This document shows positions 10,977 to 21,007 of a DNA stretch of 36,769 nt, piece after piece. How positions within the stretch are numbered: the stretch's first letter is position 1; each line of letters begins with the position of its first letter. The notes under the pieces are model-generated. The model made no database searches, was not told the DNA's origin, and worked only from the letters and a program-made list of their open reading frames with translations. Origin of the DNA: Pseudomonadota bacterium (GTDB lineage Bacteria > Pseudomonadota > Gammaproteobacteria > Burkholderiales > JBEEJL01); the NCBI GenBank assembly GCA_043769625.1, contig JAYVJD010000306.1, positions 1 to 36,769 on the forward strand, written 5' to 3'. The translations under genes and the position numbers were made by a program.

Positions 10977-10994
10977 AAATCAAATAGTTATTAA
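10977..10994 (+). repeat. Copy of the AATCAAATAGTTAT motif (IHF-consensus-like)
   Basis: AAATCAAATAGTTATTAA directly after the Rieske gene stop. These 18 nt are identical to the reverse complement of 26645-26662. Confidence 0.6.
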
Positions 10995-11002
10995 TGTATG
11001 CT

Positions 11003-11030
11003 ACGCTCACTTATGTGAGCGTATTTTTTT
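11003..11030 (+). terminator. Rho-independent terminator after the Rieske oxygenase gene
   Basis: ACGCTCAC-TTAT-GTGAGCGT followed by ATTTTTTT. Confidence 0.8.
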
Positions 11031-11045
11031 GCCAATCGATCAAAA

Positions 11046-11942
11046 ATGAATCCCAGCGAAACCGAAAAAAATAAAACCACTTGGCATCCGGCAACTTGGC
11101 CGCTGCGTTCGTCGTGGATGTTGATCGCCGGATTTTTTTTCGCTGCGATGGGTGCGTTTGTCAAAGCCGGCAGCGTGTATTTTTCCAGCGCCGAATTAGT
11201 GTTTTATCGCTCGGCCGTCGGCTTGGTCGTCATCGCCGCCATCATGCTGGCGCGACGACAGCCATTTTCCACGCCGCACTTTAAATTGCATATGTATCGT
11301 AGCTTGAGCGGCGGCGTGGCGTTGGCGTTGTATTTTTATGCCATTACCCATTTGCCGCTGGCGACGGCGGTCACCTTAAATTACACCTCGCCGATGTTTC
11401 TCGGTCTGCTCATGACCTTCGTGTTCAAAGAAAAACCGCACCTGCCGCTGGTGGCATCGTTACTATTGGGCTTCGTCGGCGTAGTGATTTTATTGCACCC
11501 AACGATTAATGAATCGCAATGGTTCGCTGGCGTGCTGGGTTTATCTTCCGGGTTTCTCGCCGGTGTCGCGTTCGTCAATGTGAAAGCGATGGGCAAATTA
11601 AACGAGCCCGATTGGCGCGTGGTGTTTTATTTTTCTTTGCTCACGACCATCGGCGCTGCCGTGTGGATGCTGTTCAGCGATATTCATCCGGTCAATTTGC
11701 GTAGCGGCGGTATCCTGCTCGGCATCGGCGTCGCCGCGACCATCGCGCAACTCGCGCTCACGCGCGCGCATCGAACCGGCAAGACGATGGTCGTCGGTAG
11801 TTTTGCTTACAGCACGATTGTTTTTTCCAGCGTCATCGCGTTAGTGTTGTTCGACGAAGCTTTGCCCTGGATGAGCTGGATCGCCATCGGCATTATTATT
11901 CTCGCCGGGATTATCGCCACGCGTGCTGCGCCTGCAAATTAA
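11046..11942 (+). CDS. DMT superfamily (EamA-like) transporter
   Basis: 298 aa with ~10 hydrophobic helices in two homologous halves, the typical EamA duplication pattern. Confidence 0.8.
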   Translation: MNPSETEKNKTTWHPATWPLRSSWMLIAGFFFAAMGAFVKAGSVYFSSAELVFYRSAVGLVVIAAIMLARRQPFSTPHFKLHMYRSLSGGVALALYFYAITHLPLATAVTLNYTSPMFLGLLMTFVFKEKPHLPLVASLLLGFVGVVILLHPTINESQWFAGVLGLSSGFLAGVAFVNVKAMGKLNEPDWRVVFYFSLLTTIGAAVWMLFSDIHPVNLRSGGILLGIGVAATIAQLALTRAHRTGKTMVVGSFAYSTIVFSSVIALVLFDEALPWMSWIAIGIIILAGIIATRAAPAN

Positions 11943-11997
11943 CAATTTTGCTCAATCAACATTTGTCGCCTATGATGAAACTATGCAGAGGTGAAAA

Positions 11998-12342
11998 ATG
12001 ATTAACGTAACCAATACCGATAAATTAGTGACCGTCAATGTACTGGGTGAATTTACCCTGACCGACTTCAAGCAATTTGAAGAGGCAGTGGAATACGCGA
12101 TCAAGTTTCAGGGCAAGGTCAATTTGCTGCTCGATCTGGGCCAAATGACCGGCTACACCATCGACGTGGCGTGGGAAGAAATCAAATTCAGCCGCACGCA
12201 TAAAACCGATTTTGGAAAAGTCGCCGTGATTACGGCGGATCAATGGACCATCTGGAGCGCGTGGATTACTAAATTAATCGTCGATGCCGAAATTTTGGTG
12301 TTCGACGAGCACGAACCGGCGAGCGATTGGGTGATGGCCTGA
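11998..12342 (+). CDS. STAS/SpoIIAA-like (DUF3478-type) small protein
   Basis: 114 aa. Size and pattern (VNVLGEFTLTDFKQFEEAVE...KVAVITADQW) resemble SpoIIAA-like STAS proteins. Its stop abuts the next ATG (TGAATG). Confidence 0.55.
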   Translation: MINVTNTDKLVTVNVLGEFTLTDFKQFEEAVEYAIKFQGKVNLLLDLGQMTGYTIDVAWEEIKFSRTHKTDFGKVAVITADQWTIWSAWITKLIVDAEILVFDEHEPASDWVMA

Positions 12343-13179
12343 ATGACTTCGTTGTTGGTTTCCACCGCGCATCTCGCGCAACAATTAGCTGATCCACATT
12401 GGGTCGTCATTGATTGCCGGCATAGTCTGGCCGATGTCGATGCTGGACGTCGCGCTTATCAAGGCGCGCATATCCCCGGCGCATTTTTTTTGCATTTGGA
12501 TGAAGATTTAGCAGGCAAAAAAACCGGTAGCAATGGGCGGCATCCTTTGCCCGATACAAAAACCTTTGCTGCCAAGCTGGCCAGCATCGGCGTTGATCAA
12601 AGCAAAACGGTCGTCGCCTATGATGACGCAGGCGGCATGTTCGCCGTGCGGCTGTGGTGGATGTTGCGTTCGCTCGGCCACGAAAATATTTTGTTGCTCG
12701 ATGGCGGCATCACCAAGTGGTTAGCGGAAGATCGCTCGGTCGATGCGCATCATCCGCATGCTACCCCAACTATATTCACACCGAGCCAGTCTTGGCAGCC
12801 ACTTGATGCAGGCTATGTACTGCAACATTTGCAGCAGCCCGATATGGTGTTGATTGATGCGCGTGCAGCCGATCGTTTTGCCGGACAAAATGAAACCCTT
12901 GATCCTGTCGCCGGCCATATCCCCGGCGCACTAAATCGTTTTTTCAAACACAATCTCCATGCCAACGGTTGCTTTAAGTCAGCAGAAGCATTAAAAAATG
13001 AATTCAATGTTTTGCTCAAAAATAATCACGCAAAAAATGTTGTGCATCAATGCGGTTCCGGGGTCACGGCATGTCATAATTTATTTGCGATGGAGCTCGC
13101 AGGCTTAAGCGGCTCACAGTTATATGCGGGGTCGTGGAGTGAATGGTGCGCCGATATTACGCGCCCAGTCGAAACATAA
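12343..13179 (+). CDS. Tandem-rhodanese sulfurtransferase (3-mercaptopyruvate/thiosulfate sulfurtransferase-like)
   Basis: Two rhodanese halves. The active-site loop is HQCGSGVTACHN, and the C-terminus YAGSWSEW is typical of SseA/TST. Confidence 0.85.
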   Translation: MTSLLVSTAHLAQQLADPHWVVIDCRHSLADVDAGRRAYQGAHIPGAFFLHLDEDLAGKKTGSNGRHPLPDTKTFAAKLASIGVDQSKTVVAYDDAGGMFAVRLWWMLRSLGHENILLLDGGITKWLAEDRSVDAHHPHATPTIFTPSQSWQPLDAGYVLQHLQQPDMVLIDARAADRFAGQNETLDPVAGHIPGALNRFFKHNLHANGCFKSAEALKNEFNVLLKNNHAKNVVHQCGSGVTACHNLFAMELAGLSGSQLYAGSWSEWCADITRPVET

Positions 13180-13192
13180 TTACGGAAAAAAG

Positions 13193-15172
13193 ATGAATCT
13201 AATCAAATATTTATATGTAATACCGCTAGCTGCTTTACTTTCCTGCGCCCAGGTTGCGCCACAAAATCCGGCGCAGGCCTTGATCAAGCCCGGTGATAAT
13301 TTAGTCGCAGAAAATATTCCCGCCATCCCCGCCGCGCTCGCCGCCAAAGTGAATCCCTATACCGAATATCGGCCGAAATCTTTCAACAGTTGGCATCCGA
13401 CCAAACGTGAAATGCTTATTGCGTTGCGCGCCGGCAATAGTAACCAAACGCATAGTCTCGATGCGCCGATGGCCAAGCCAAAACAATTAACCAATTATCC
13501 CGAGCCGGTTGCAGGTGCAGGCTATCAACCGACAGTCGGCAATTATTTTATTTTCGCCAAAGATATCGGTGGCAATGAAGTGACACAGTTTTATCGCAGC
13601 GAAGTGGCGGGTGGTAAAACTACTTTGCTTACCGACGAAAAATTACGCAACGGCGCTGCAGCTTGGTCACATAAAGGCGATCGATTAGTGCATAGCGCCA
13701 TCGAAACGGATAAAAATCGTCAGCAAGCGAGTGTGGTGACGCAAGTGCGTATGGTCAATCCCGATGATGTCGCGCAAACGAAAACTATCGCGTCATTGCC
13801 CGGCGGCGGCTGGGGCAATTTCACCTGGTCGCCCGACGATAAACAATTGGCCATGATCGAATACGTATCGATTAACGAAAGCCATATCTGGTTGCTCGAT
13901 GTCGCCACAGGCGAAAAAACCCGCGTCACACAAAAAATCGGCAACGACACCGTCTCGTATCAAGACGCAGAATTCAGCGCCGACGGCAAAGGCATTTATA
14001 CTGCCAGCGATGCGGGCAGCGAATTTTTGCGTCTGACTTATATCAACCTCGCCGACAAAACGCGTGAAGTGTTAACGCCAGATACCAATTGGGATGTAGA
14101 GAGTTTCGCCTTATCACACGACGGAAAATATCTCGCCTATGCGGTGAACGACAACGGCGTGAGCAAGTTAACTGTGCTCTACACGCCCAACCGCAAAATC
14201 ATCGCGCGGCCCACCTTGCCGCAAGGGACGCTTGGTGGATTACAGTGGCATCGCAACTTGCCTGAGCTCGCGTTCAGCTTGTCTTCTGCGCGCTCGCCAG
14301 CCGATGTGTATTCGCTCGACATCGTCGCCGACAAACTCACGCGTTGGACCAGCAGCGCGGGCGAAGGGCGCGACACCAGTGATTTCGTCGAGCCGGAATT
14401 AGTGAAGTGGAAAAGTTTTGATGGACGCGAAATCAGCGGCTTCTTGTATCGCGCGCCAAAAACATTCGGTGGCAAGCGCCCGCTGGTGGTGAATATTCAT
14501 GGAGGCCCCGAAGGCCAATACCGTCCGGGTTTTTTGGCGCGCAATAATTATTACTTGAATGAAATGGGCATCAGCCTGTTGTTCCCCAACGTGCGCGGTT
14601 CGTCGGGCTACGGCAAAACATTTCTCAAACTCGACAACGGAAAATTGCGCGAAGATTCAGTCAAAGACATCGGTTCGCTGTTCGATTGGGTCGGCAGCCA
14701 AGCCGACATCGATGCAAATCGCGTGCTCGTCACCGGCGGTAGTTACGGTGGCTATATGAGTCTCGCGGTGGCAACGTTGTATCCAGAAAAAATCGCTGCG
14801 TCGATCGATGTGGTCGGCATTTCCAACTTCGTCACCTTTCTTGAACGCACGGAAAGCTACCGTCGCGATTTACGTCGTGTCGAATACGGCGACGAACGCG
14901 ACCCGGACATGCGCGCGCATTTACAAAAAATTTCGCCGCTCAATCGCGCGGATAAAATCAGCAAGCCATTATTTGTTGTGCAAGGAAAAAATGATCCGCG
15001 TGTGCCAGTGACGGAGGCCGAGCAAATCGTCGCGACGCTAAAAAAATCCAACACGCCGGTGTGGTATTTATTGGCGAATGATGAAGGCCACGGCTTTGCG
15101 AAAAAATCCAACGTGGATTTCCAGTTCTATTCCACCATCGAATTCATGCAAAAATACTTGTTAAAAAAGTGA
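13193..15172 (+). CDS. S9 family serine peptidase (prolyl oligopeptidase/dipeptidyl aminopeptidase type) with N-terminal beta-propeller
   Basis: Signal peptide from the ATG at 13193 (MNLIKYLYVIPLAALLSCAQ). Nucleophile elbow GGSYGGYM, Asp in QGKNDPRVP, His in DEGHGF. The longer ORF start at 13124 would overlap the sulfurtransferase gene. Confidence 0.88.
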   Translation: MNLIKYLYVIPLAALLSCAQVAPQNPAQALIKPGDNLVAENIPAIPAALAAKVNPYTEYRPKSFNSWHPTKREMLIALRAGNSNQTHSLDAPMAKPKQLTNYPEPVAGAGYQPTVGNYFIFAKDIGGNEVTQFYRSEVAGGKTTLLTDEKLRNGAAAWSHKGDRLVHSAIETDKNRQQASVVTQVRMVNPDDVAQTKTIASLPGGGWGNFTWSPDDKQLAMIEYVSINESHIWLLDVATGEKTRVTQKIGNDTVSYQDAEFSADGKGIYTASDAGSEFLRLTYINLADKTREVLTPDTNWDVESFALSHDGKYLAYAVNDNGVSKLTVLYTPNRKIIARPTLPQGTLGGLQWHRNLPELAFSLSSARSPADVYSLDIVADKLTRWTSSAGEGRDTSDFVEPELVKWKSFDGREISGFLYRAPKTFGGKRPLVVNIHGGPEGQYRPGFLARNNYYLNEMGISLLFPNVRGSSGYGKTFLKLDNGKLREDSVKDIGSLFDWVGSQADIDANRVLVTGGSYGGYMSLAVATLYPEKIAASIDVVGISNFVTFLERTESYRRDLRRVEYGDERDPDMRAHLQKISPLNRADKISKPLFVVQGKNDPRVPVTEAEQIVATLKKSNTPVWYLLANDEGHGFAKKSNVDFQFYSTIEFMQKYLLKK

Positions 15173-15176
15173 TTAT

Positions 15177-15190
15177 AATCAAATAGTTAT
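15177..15190 (+). repeat. Copy of the AATCAAATAGTTAT motif (IHF-consensus-like)
   Basis: AATCAAATAGTTAT fills the 16-nt gap between the S9 stop and the M28 ATG. Confidence 0.55.
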
Positions 15191-16559
15191 GAAACATTTC
15201 CTTTGCCTGGCTTTATGTCTATTTGGCGTCATGCAACAGGTTTCCGCCGCTGATACGTTGCCGTCACAACGCATTCAACCGCGCATCCAACAAATCGTGC
15301 GCGATATTTCCGCAACCAATATCGAGCGCACCATCCGCAAGCTGGTGAGTTTTGAAACGCGCCACACGGCATCGGAAACCGAGAGCGACACACGCGGCAT
15401 CGGCGCAGCGCGGCGCTGGATCAAACAACAACTCGACGCGTGCAGTAGCGCGAGCGGCGGACGTTTGCAAGTTGAGTGGGATGAGTTTATCCAGCAACCG
15501 ATGAAGCGCATCAAAGAGCCATTGAAAATCGTCAATGTCGTCGCGACCTTGCCCGGCAAGCAGGCCGAAGCGAAAGAGCGCATTTACGTCGTCAGCGGCC
15601 ATTACGATTCCATGTGCGGCGATGTGATGGATGCGACATGCACCGCCCCCGGCGCCAATGACGATGCATCGGGTACCGCCGCCGTGATGGAAATGGCCTG
15701 CGTCATGGCGAAGCACGACTTCGATGCCACGCTGGTATTCATGGCGGTGGCCGGCGAAGAGCAAGGCTTGCTCGGCTCCACCCATTGGGCAGAGCAAGCG
15801 AAACAAAATAAACGCAACATCGCCGGCATGTTTACCAACGACATCATCGGCAGCTCACGCGCGGATGATGGTCGTGTCGATACGTCGCAAGTGCGCGTAT
15901 TTGCCGAGGGCGTCCCCGCCATGGAAAATTTGCCGGAAGACGTGCGCAAGCGCATCGCCACTGGGGGCGAAAACGATTCGCCCACACGCCAACTGGCAAG
16001 GTTTATCAAACAAGCAGCGGATAACTACGTGCCGGAAATGAAAGTGGCGCTGATGTATCGGCGCGACCGCTATTTACGCGGGGGAGACCACATGCCGTTT
16101 CTTGAGCGCGGATTTCCGGCGGTGCGCTTTAGCGAAATCAACGAAGATTATCGCCATCAACATCAAAACACCCGCGTGGAAAACGCGGTGCAGTACGGCG
16201 ACTTGCCCGAGTTTGTGGATTTTGCTTACACCGCCAATGTCGCGCGCATCAACGCGGCCGCATTAGCGGCGCTGGCTCTCGCGCCCGCCGCGCCTGCGCA
16301 AGCCGAAATCGAAACCATCAAACTGGAAAATGACACAGCGATACGCTGGCAAGCGAATGCCGAAGCAGATTTGGCGGGCTATGAAATTGTCTGGCGCGAC
16401 ACCACGGCGCCATTTTGGCAAGGGCAAGAATATGTCGGCAATGTCACGCGGCACGTGGTGAAAAACCGCTCGAAGGATAATTTTATTTTCGGCGTGCGCG
16501 CAATTGATAAAGAAGGTAATGCCAGTACCGTCAGCTATCCCTTACCGTACCGGCCTTAA
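15189..16559 (+). CDS. M28 family zinc aminopeptidase with C-terminal Fn3-like domain
   Basis: Signal peptide. M28 ligand motifs SGHYDS, GANDDASGTA, AGEEQGLLGS and GGDHMPF. The tail IRWQANAEADLAGYEIVWRD is Fn3-like. Confidence 0.88.
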   Translation: MKHFLCLALCLFGVMQQVSAADTLPSQRIQPRIQQIVRDISATNIERTIRKLVSFETRHTASETESDTRGIGAARRWIKQQLDACSSASGGRLQVEWDEFIQQPMKRIKEPLKIVNVVATLPGKQAEAKERIYVVSGHYDSMCGDVMDATCTAPGANDDASGTAAVMEMACVMAKHDFDATLVFMAVAGEEQGLLGSTHWAEQAKQNKRNIAGMFTNDIIGSSRADDGRVDTSQVRVFAEGVPAMENLPEDVRKRIATGGENDSPTRQLARFIKQAADNYVPEMKVALMYRRDRYLRGGDHMPFLERGFPAVRFSEINEDYRHQHQNTRVENAVQYGDLPEFVDFAYTANVARINAAALAALALAPAAPAQAEIETIKLENDTAIRWQANAEADLAGYEIVWRDTTAPFWQGQEYVGNVTRHVVKNRSKDNFIFGVRAIDKEGNASTVSYPLPYRP

Positions 16560-17164
16560 GAGTTTTTCGTTTTGCCGAAGCGTGCTTCTTCACCACGCAT
16601 CAGTTTGCCGATATTTTCACGATGGCGATAAACAATCAGCAAGGCCATGACGAGCAAGGCTAACGCCACCCAGCCATAGCCAAAATAATTGACGCCGAGC
16701 AAAGGCGCGACGATGGCGCCGCAGATCGACGCCAACGACACCATGCGGCTGAAATAAAATACCAATAACCAAATAATCAGTACACCGACCGCAAGGCCGA
16801 CGTTGACCGCGAACAAAATGCCAATAGCTGTCGCGACGCCTTTGCCGCCTTTGAAAGCATGAAACACCGGCAGCATGTGACCGACCAGGGCGGCAAGTGC
16901 CACGGCTGCAATCACCCACTCACCCACACCAAATTGCGGCGCGAAATGTTTCGCCAGCATCACGGCGACAAAACCTTTTAGTGCATCACCGAGCAAAGTC
17001 AGTAGCGCGGCCGTTTTATTCCCGCTGCGCAAGACATTGGTCGCGCCCGGATTATGCGAGCCGTAAGTGCGCGGGTCCGGCAGGCGCAAGAGCTTGGTCA
17101 CCACCACGGCAAACGACACTGAGCCTATCAAATACGCCGCCAACACAAACAAAGCACTATTCAT
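16556..17164 (-). CDS. plsY: Glycerol-3-phosphate acyltransferase PlsY
   Basis: YLIGSVSFAVVV...GSHNPGATNVLR...FKGGKGVAT are PlsY signature blocks. Confidence 0.95.
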   Translation of the reverse strand: MNSALFVLAAYLIGSVSFAVVVTKLLRLPDPRTYGSHNPGATNVLRSGNKTAALLTLLGDALKGFVAVMLAKHFAPQFGVGEWVIAAVALAALVGHMLPVFHAFKGGKGVATAIGILFAVNVGLAVGVLIIWLLVFYFSRMVSLASICGAIVAPLLGVNYFGYGWVALALLVMALLIVYRHRENIGKLMRGEEARFGKTKNS

Positions 17165-17233
17165 TCTTTCCCCTTAAAGCATGCTGTTAGAATCATTATT
17201 ATTATTTTAGACCAATCTCTCGCGGAATACATT

Positions 17234-17590
17234 ATGGATCATATTTTTATCAGTGAACTAAAAGCCGACGCACGCGTGGGCGTGTATGCGTGGGAACTGG
17301 CCGCCCCGCAGACCATCCAGCTCGACATCGAGTTTGATCTGCCCGGCGCAAAAGCCTACACCAGCGACAAAATCCGCGACACGGTGGATTATAGCGTCGT
17401 CGTCGCGCGTATCCGCGAGATGCTAGCTGCGAAGCATTATAATTTGATCGAAAGCCTGGCTGAAGCAGTCGTACATTTATTGTTAGAAGAATTTAAAGTG
17501 CCAAAGGTAAAAGTGCGCGCTGCGAAACTGGCGGTGATAAAAGGGGTGAAACAAGTGGGCGTAGAAATTGATCGAGCTGCGGGTCAATAG
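17234..17590 (+). CDS. folB: Dihydroneopterin aldolase
   Basis: 118 aa. GVYAWELAAPQTIQLDIEF...DTVDYSVV...NLIESLAE is the FolB pattern. Divergent from plsY, as in many proteobacteria. Confidence 0.9.
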   Translation: MDHIFISELKADARVGVYAWELAAPQTIQLDIEFDLPGAKAYTSDKIRDTVDYSVVVARIREMLAAKHYNLIESLAEAVVHLLLEEFKVPKVKVRAAKLAVIKGVKQVGVEIDRAAGQ

Positions 17591-17653
17591 TGTGGTTATT
17601 TTTTATATATTCAGGCGGTAGAATTATTTTTCGTCAATCTTAAGGATCATCCA

Positions 17654-18823
17654 ATGATTTATTTCTACAAAACATCCAGCCTGCTAGCAGCCGTCATCAC
17701 TTTACTGCTGCACTCCCATCATGCAGCAGCGGACGTAGGTATCGCAGCACAAAAAATATCAAATGAAGCTATTCATAACGCACTGACCGAGAAAAAAATT
17801 AACGATCTCGAAAATGTGATGCAAGGCCATGTCGCAACGTATAAAAAAGGGCAAATCACCGCTGATGAATTGAGCGCCAGATTCAGTTCATTCGCTACAA
17901 ATAATTCTGCGCAGGAATCTGTTTTAGACCAGTGGGTGGCCCAGCATCCTAAGTCCTATTCGGCGCTTGCGGCAAGGGGCAGTTATCTTGTCGGCATGGC
18001 ATGGTCACAAAGAGGTACTGCTGCTGCGAAGGATACGGGGCCGAAGCAGGTTGAAAATTTACTCGCCTATATGGGTCGCGCCGATGCGGACTTGAAGGCT
18101 TCAATTAAGCTAGACGACAAGCCCATTCACAGTTATACCCAGTTGATTCAAGTCGCAAAAGGCCAGAACAAAAAGCAAGAAATGTATGAATATTTTTTAG
18201 CAGCCATAAAAACGGACGCAAAAGTATTTGGCGCCAGACGTGCTTACCTCAATGCGGCCACTCCTAAGTGGGGCGGCTCAGTCCAGATGATGGATGAAAT
18301 TATCGCCGAGGCAAAAGCCTCTCCTATGGCAGAGGAGGATAAGCGGCGGCTTGAGGCAGATTATTTTGTGCTTAAAGCGGATCAGGCAAAGCTCGATAAA
18401 GACTACAATGCCGCGCTTGAATTATATAAAAAATCCTACGCGCTAAATCCGAAGGAAGTAACAGTATTGAATAGTACGGCGTTTGTAGCCATGATGAGTA
18501 ATCGGAACGACGAAGCGCTAAAGGCACTAAACGAAACATTACAGTTGGAGCCGCAAAATAAATGGGCCTTGTTTAATCGCGCTGAAGTTTATGAGTTTCG
18601 TATTAAAGACACCAACAAAGCATTCAAAGATTATCTATCTGCAGCAGATGCGGGCGATGCTTTGGCGCAGAATCGTGTTGGTTTGGCGTATTCAGCCGGT
18701 GTGCTAGTTAGTAAAGATGAGGCTAAGGCAGAAATCTATTTTGGAAAGGCGATTGCGCAAGGTAATGAAAGCGCAAAAACGAATTTGAAAAATTTACAGG
18801 CAAGCAAGAAGAGCGGCTCTTAA
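17654..18823 (+). CDS. Secreted TPR/Sel1-like repeat protein
   Basis: Signal peptide (LLAAVITLLLHSHHAAA). TPR-like helices (YNAALELYKKSYALNP, ALKALNETLQLEP). C-terminal Sel1-like repeat (AGDALAQNRVGLAYSAG...AEIYFGKAIAQGN). Confidence 0.65.
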   Translation: MIYFYKTSSLLAAVITLLLHSHHAAADVGIAAQKISNEAIHNALTEKKINDLENVMQGHVATYKKGQITADELSARFSSFATNNSAQESVLDQWVAQHPKSYSALAARGSYLVGMAWSQRGTAAAKDTGPKQVENLLAYMGRADADLKASIKLDDKPIHSYTQLIQVAKGQNKKQEMYEYFLAAIKTDAKVFGARRAYLNAATPKWGGSVQMMDEIIAEAKASPMAEEDKRRLEADYFVLKADQAKLDKDYNAALELYKKSYALNPKEVTVLNSTAFVAMMSNRNDEALKALNETLQLEPQNKWALFNRAEVYEFRIKDTNKAFKDYLSAADAGDALAQNRVGLAYSAGVLVSKDEAKAEIYFGKAIAQGNESAKTNLKNLQASKKSGS

Positions 18824-18909
18824 CCTCTAACAATGCCCGGCTAAATTCTCCCTTAGCCACTTGGGAGTAAATCCGCATCGTGGTTGACTATGTACGCAGA
18901 ACGCTTCGC

Positions 18910-18999
18910 GTAGCGTGCGCATCGCGCAGGGCGGAAGTTTCCGGCGTGGATCGCGCGGGGTGCTCAAACAAACCAATGCGCGCGCACTGCGCACGCTAC
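18910..18999. repeat. GC-rich REP-like inverted repeat between convergent genes
   Basis: GTAGCGTGCGCA (18910-18921) pairs perfectly with TGCGCACGCTAC (18988-18999). The intervening 66 nt is GC-rich with smaller palindromes (CGGAAGTTTCCG). Confidence 0.45.
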
Positions 19000-19000
19000 T

Positions 19001-19924
19001 TCACTTCCGTGGATGATGATCGAAGTGAATTTTTTTCAAGCGCTCGCGCGCCACATGGGTATAAATCTGTGTCGTTGTAATGTCCGCGTGACCCAATAAC
19101 ATTTGCACCACGCGCAAATCCGCGCCGTGATTGACCAAATGCGTGGCGAAGGCGTGACGCAAGGTGTGCGGCGATAGAGATTGTTTGATCTCGGCCGTTT
19201 CTGCATGACGTTTGATGATGTGCCAAAACGATTCGCGCGTCATCGCGCCACCGCGTGAGGTGACGAATAATGCGTCGGAAATTTGCCCGTTGAGTATTTC
19301 ACTTCGCGCGGTATCCAGATATTTTTTTATCCAGCTCAGCGCTTCTTCGCCTATCGGTACCAAGCGTTCTTTCGATCCTTTACCCATCACGCGCGCGACG
19401 CCGACGTTGCGATCGACTTGCATCGATTTCAGCGTGACCAACTCCGTCACGCGTAATCCGCTGGCGTAAAGTAATTCCAGCATGGCACGGTCGCGCAGGC
19501 CGAGTGGCGTGGTTACGTCAGGCGCGTTGAGCAGACTCTCGACATCTTTTTCCGTCAAACTTTTCGGCAGCGAGCGCGGCAGTTTGGGGGTGTCGATGTT
19601 CAGCGTCGGGTCGGTTTTGACCAAATTTTCACGCAGAGCGAATTGGTAAAAGCGTTTGAACGACGAGAGTTGGCGGCTAGCCGTAGTGGGTTTGGTTTTC
19701 TTGACGCTGAATTGGTACGCGAGATAGGCCTGCAGGTTTTCTTCCGTCGCGCTTTCCAGATTCGCGTTGCGATTTTTGTTCAACCAGTCAGCAAGTTGAT
19801 TGAGATCGCGGCGATAACTCGTCAGCGTATTTTTCGCCAAGCCGTCTTCCAGCCAGAGCACGTCGTTGAAACGGTCGAGTACCAGATCGGAGGTGCTGGC
19901 TTCAGGCGAAGAGGCTGGCATCAT
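19001..19924 (-). CDS. xerD: Tyrosine site-specific recombinase XerD
   Basis: FNDVLWLEDGLAKNTLTSYRRDL...LLYASGLRVTELV...PHTLRHAFATHLVNHGADLRVVQMLLGHADITTTQIYTHV contains the R..HxxR..Y catalytic set. The start at 19924 (MMPASS) gives a typical ~308 aa. The longest ORF reaches 20014, inside ogt. Confidence 0.9.
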   Translation of the reverse strand: MMPASSPEASTSDLVLDRFNDVLWLEDGLAKNTLTSYRRDLNQLADWLNKNRNANLESATEENLQAYLAYQFSVKKTKPTTASRQLSSFKRFYQFALRENLVKTDPTLNIDTPKLPRSLPKSLTEKDVESLLNAPDVTTPLGLRDRAMLELLYASGLRVTELVTLKSMQVDRNVGVARVMGKGSKERLVPIGEEALSWIKKYLDTARSEILNGQISDALFVTSRGGAMTRESFWHIIKRHAETAEIKQSLSPHTLRHAFATHLVNHGADLRVVQMLLGHADITTTQIYTHVARERLKKIHFDHHPRK

Positions 19925-20408
19925 GCGCTTCGTGATGTAACAACCATTTTTTAATTGATAGTGGGTCGTCTTGCTTGCCGCCCATGAATCCGCCGAGTTG
20001 TCCGTTCGCGGCAATGATGCGATGACAGGGGATCACAATGACGATGGGATTTTTTCCGCAGGCAGTACCAACTGCGCGTGGAGATGAATCAATCCGCGTA
20101 GATAATTCGCCGTAACTCCAAGGCTTGCCCGATGGGATTTTTTGTAGTGCTTCCCACACTTTGATTTGATGCGCGGTGCCAGAAAGTTTGATCGGCAAAT
20201 CGAAATGATATTTCGGGTTGTCGAAATACTGTTGCAGTTGTACGCAAACCAAGTGCGCAACGGAATTTTTTTTCGGTGCAATGATGGCGTCTTTGCTGCT
20301 TAAAAAATTGATATTAATCAAATACTTATCATCTATCGTGCGTATGCCTAACACGCCGAAGGGTGCGCAGATTTTGGCTTGATAGATATTTTCTGATTCG
20401 CTTGTCAT
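19902..20408 (-). CDS. ogt: Methylated-DNA-protein-cysteine methyltransferase
   Basis: Active site IVIPCHRII. VWEALQKIPSGKPWSYGEL and the WLLHHE tail are also typical. Confidence 0.92.
   Translation of the reverse strand: MTSESENIYQAKICAPFGVLGIRTIDDKYLININFLSSKDAIIAPKKNSVAHLVCVQLQQYFDNPKYHFDLPIKLSGTAHQIKVWEALQKIPSGKPWSYGELSTRIDSSPRAVGTACGKNPIVIVIPCHRIIAANGQLGGFMGGKQDDPLSIKKWLLHHEAHDASLFA
20314..20332 (+). repeat. Copy of the AATCAAATACTTAT motif inside the ogt coding region
   Basis: TTAATCAAATACTTATCAT, identical to 6633-6651, with ~40 nt of flanking similarity. On the minus strand it encodes DDKYLINI in the Ogt N-terminal domain. Confidence 0.5.
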
Positions 20409-20436
20409 CGGTTGCAGACACCCATCCCCACTCTAT

Positions 20437-20484
20437 CCCTCACCCTTGTCCTCGGGTGAAGTGGCCGAGGGTTGAAGGTGAGGG
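20437..20484. repeat. REP-like imperfect palindrome
   Basis: CCCTCACCCTTGTCCTCGG ... CCGAGGGTTGAAGGTGAGGG in the ogt/VOC spacer. No T-tract follows. Confidence 0.55.
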
Positions 20485-20523
20485 AGCGAAATAATAATTC
20501 GCTTACGCGTAAATTAGACAAAA

Positions 20524-20955
20524 TTATTTCGCAAACACACGACTCATATCTGCAAACGCTTTGAACTCCAACGCATTGCCGCAAGGGTCGAGAAAAAACA
20601 TCGTGGCCTGTTCACCGACTTCGCCTTTGAAGCGAATGTGAGGCTCGATGATGAAGTTAGTTTTGGCTGCACATAATTTCGCCGCAAGTTTTTCCCATTC
20701 CGCCAAGGACAAAATCACGCCGAAGTGGCGCACCGGTACGTTGTCGCCATCGACGGCGTTAGTATCGGCGCTACCGGTTTCGCCTGGCGCAAGGTGGGCG
20801 ACAATTTGATGACCGTAAAAATCGAAGTCCACCCACTCCGGCGACGAACGGCCTTCGGGACAGCCAAGCAAGCCGCCGTAAAATCCGCGCGCTTTGTTGA
20901 GGTCGCTGACAGGGAAGGCCAGGTGAAATAACGGTGTCGCAGACATAGTAGTCAT
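20524..20955 (-). CDS. VOC (glyoxalase/bleomycin-resistance/dioxygenase) family protein
   Basis: [22 protein letters not shown]...HFGVIL...[13 protein letters not shown] is the VOC fold pattern. The upstream part of the longest ORF overlaps a REP palindrome, so I took an internal ATG (20955, or 20946). Confidence 0.8.
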   Translation of the reverse strand: MTTMSATPLFHLAFPVSDLNKARGFYGGLLGCPEGRSSPEWVDFDFYGHQIVAHLAPGETGSADTNAVDGDNVPVRHFGVILSLAEWEKLAAKLCAAKTNFIIEPHIRFKGEVGEQATMFFLDPCGNALEFKAFADMSRVFAK

Positions 20956-21007
20956 TTTCCAAATGAAGTAAGTAAAAGAAGCGCTGAACAAGTTGAAGAT
21001 GTTCATG

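Noticed and set aside
13124-13192. Upstream extension of the S9 peptidase ORF (start at 13124)
   Set aside because: It would overlap the sulfurtransferase gene by 56 nt and encode a non-signal-like leader. The ATG at 13193 gives a proper signal peptide.
18880-19080. 66-aa ORF across the REP-like element and the xerD 3' end
   Set aside because: It covers a palindromic GC-rich repeat and overlaps xerD. No RBS or motif.
19001-19924. XerD as the integrase of the nearby islets
   Set aside because: It is full-length canonical XerD in an operon with ogt. It is separated from the S8 islet by core genes and has no flanking att-like repeats, so it is a housekeeping dif recombinase.
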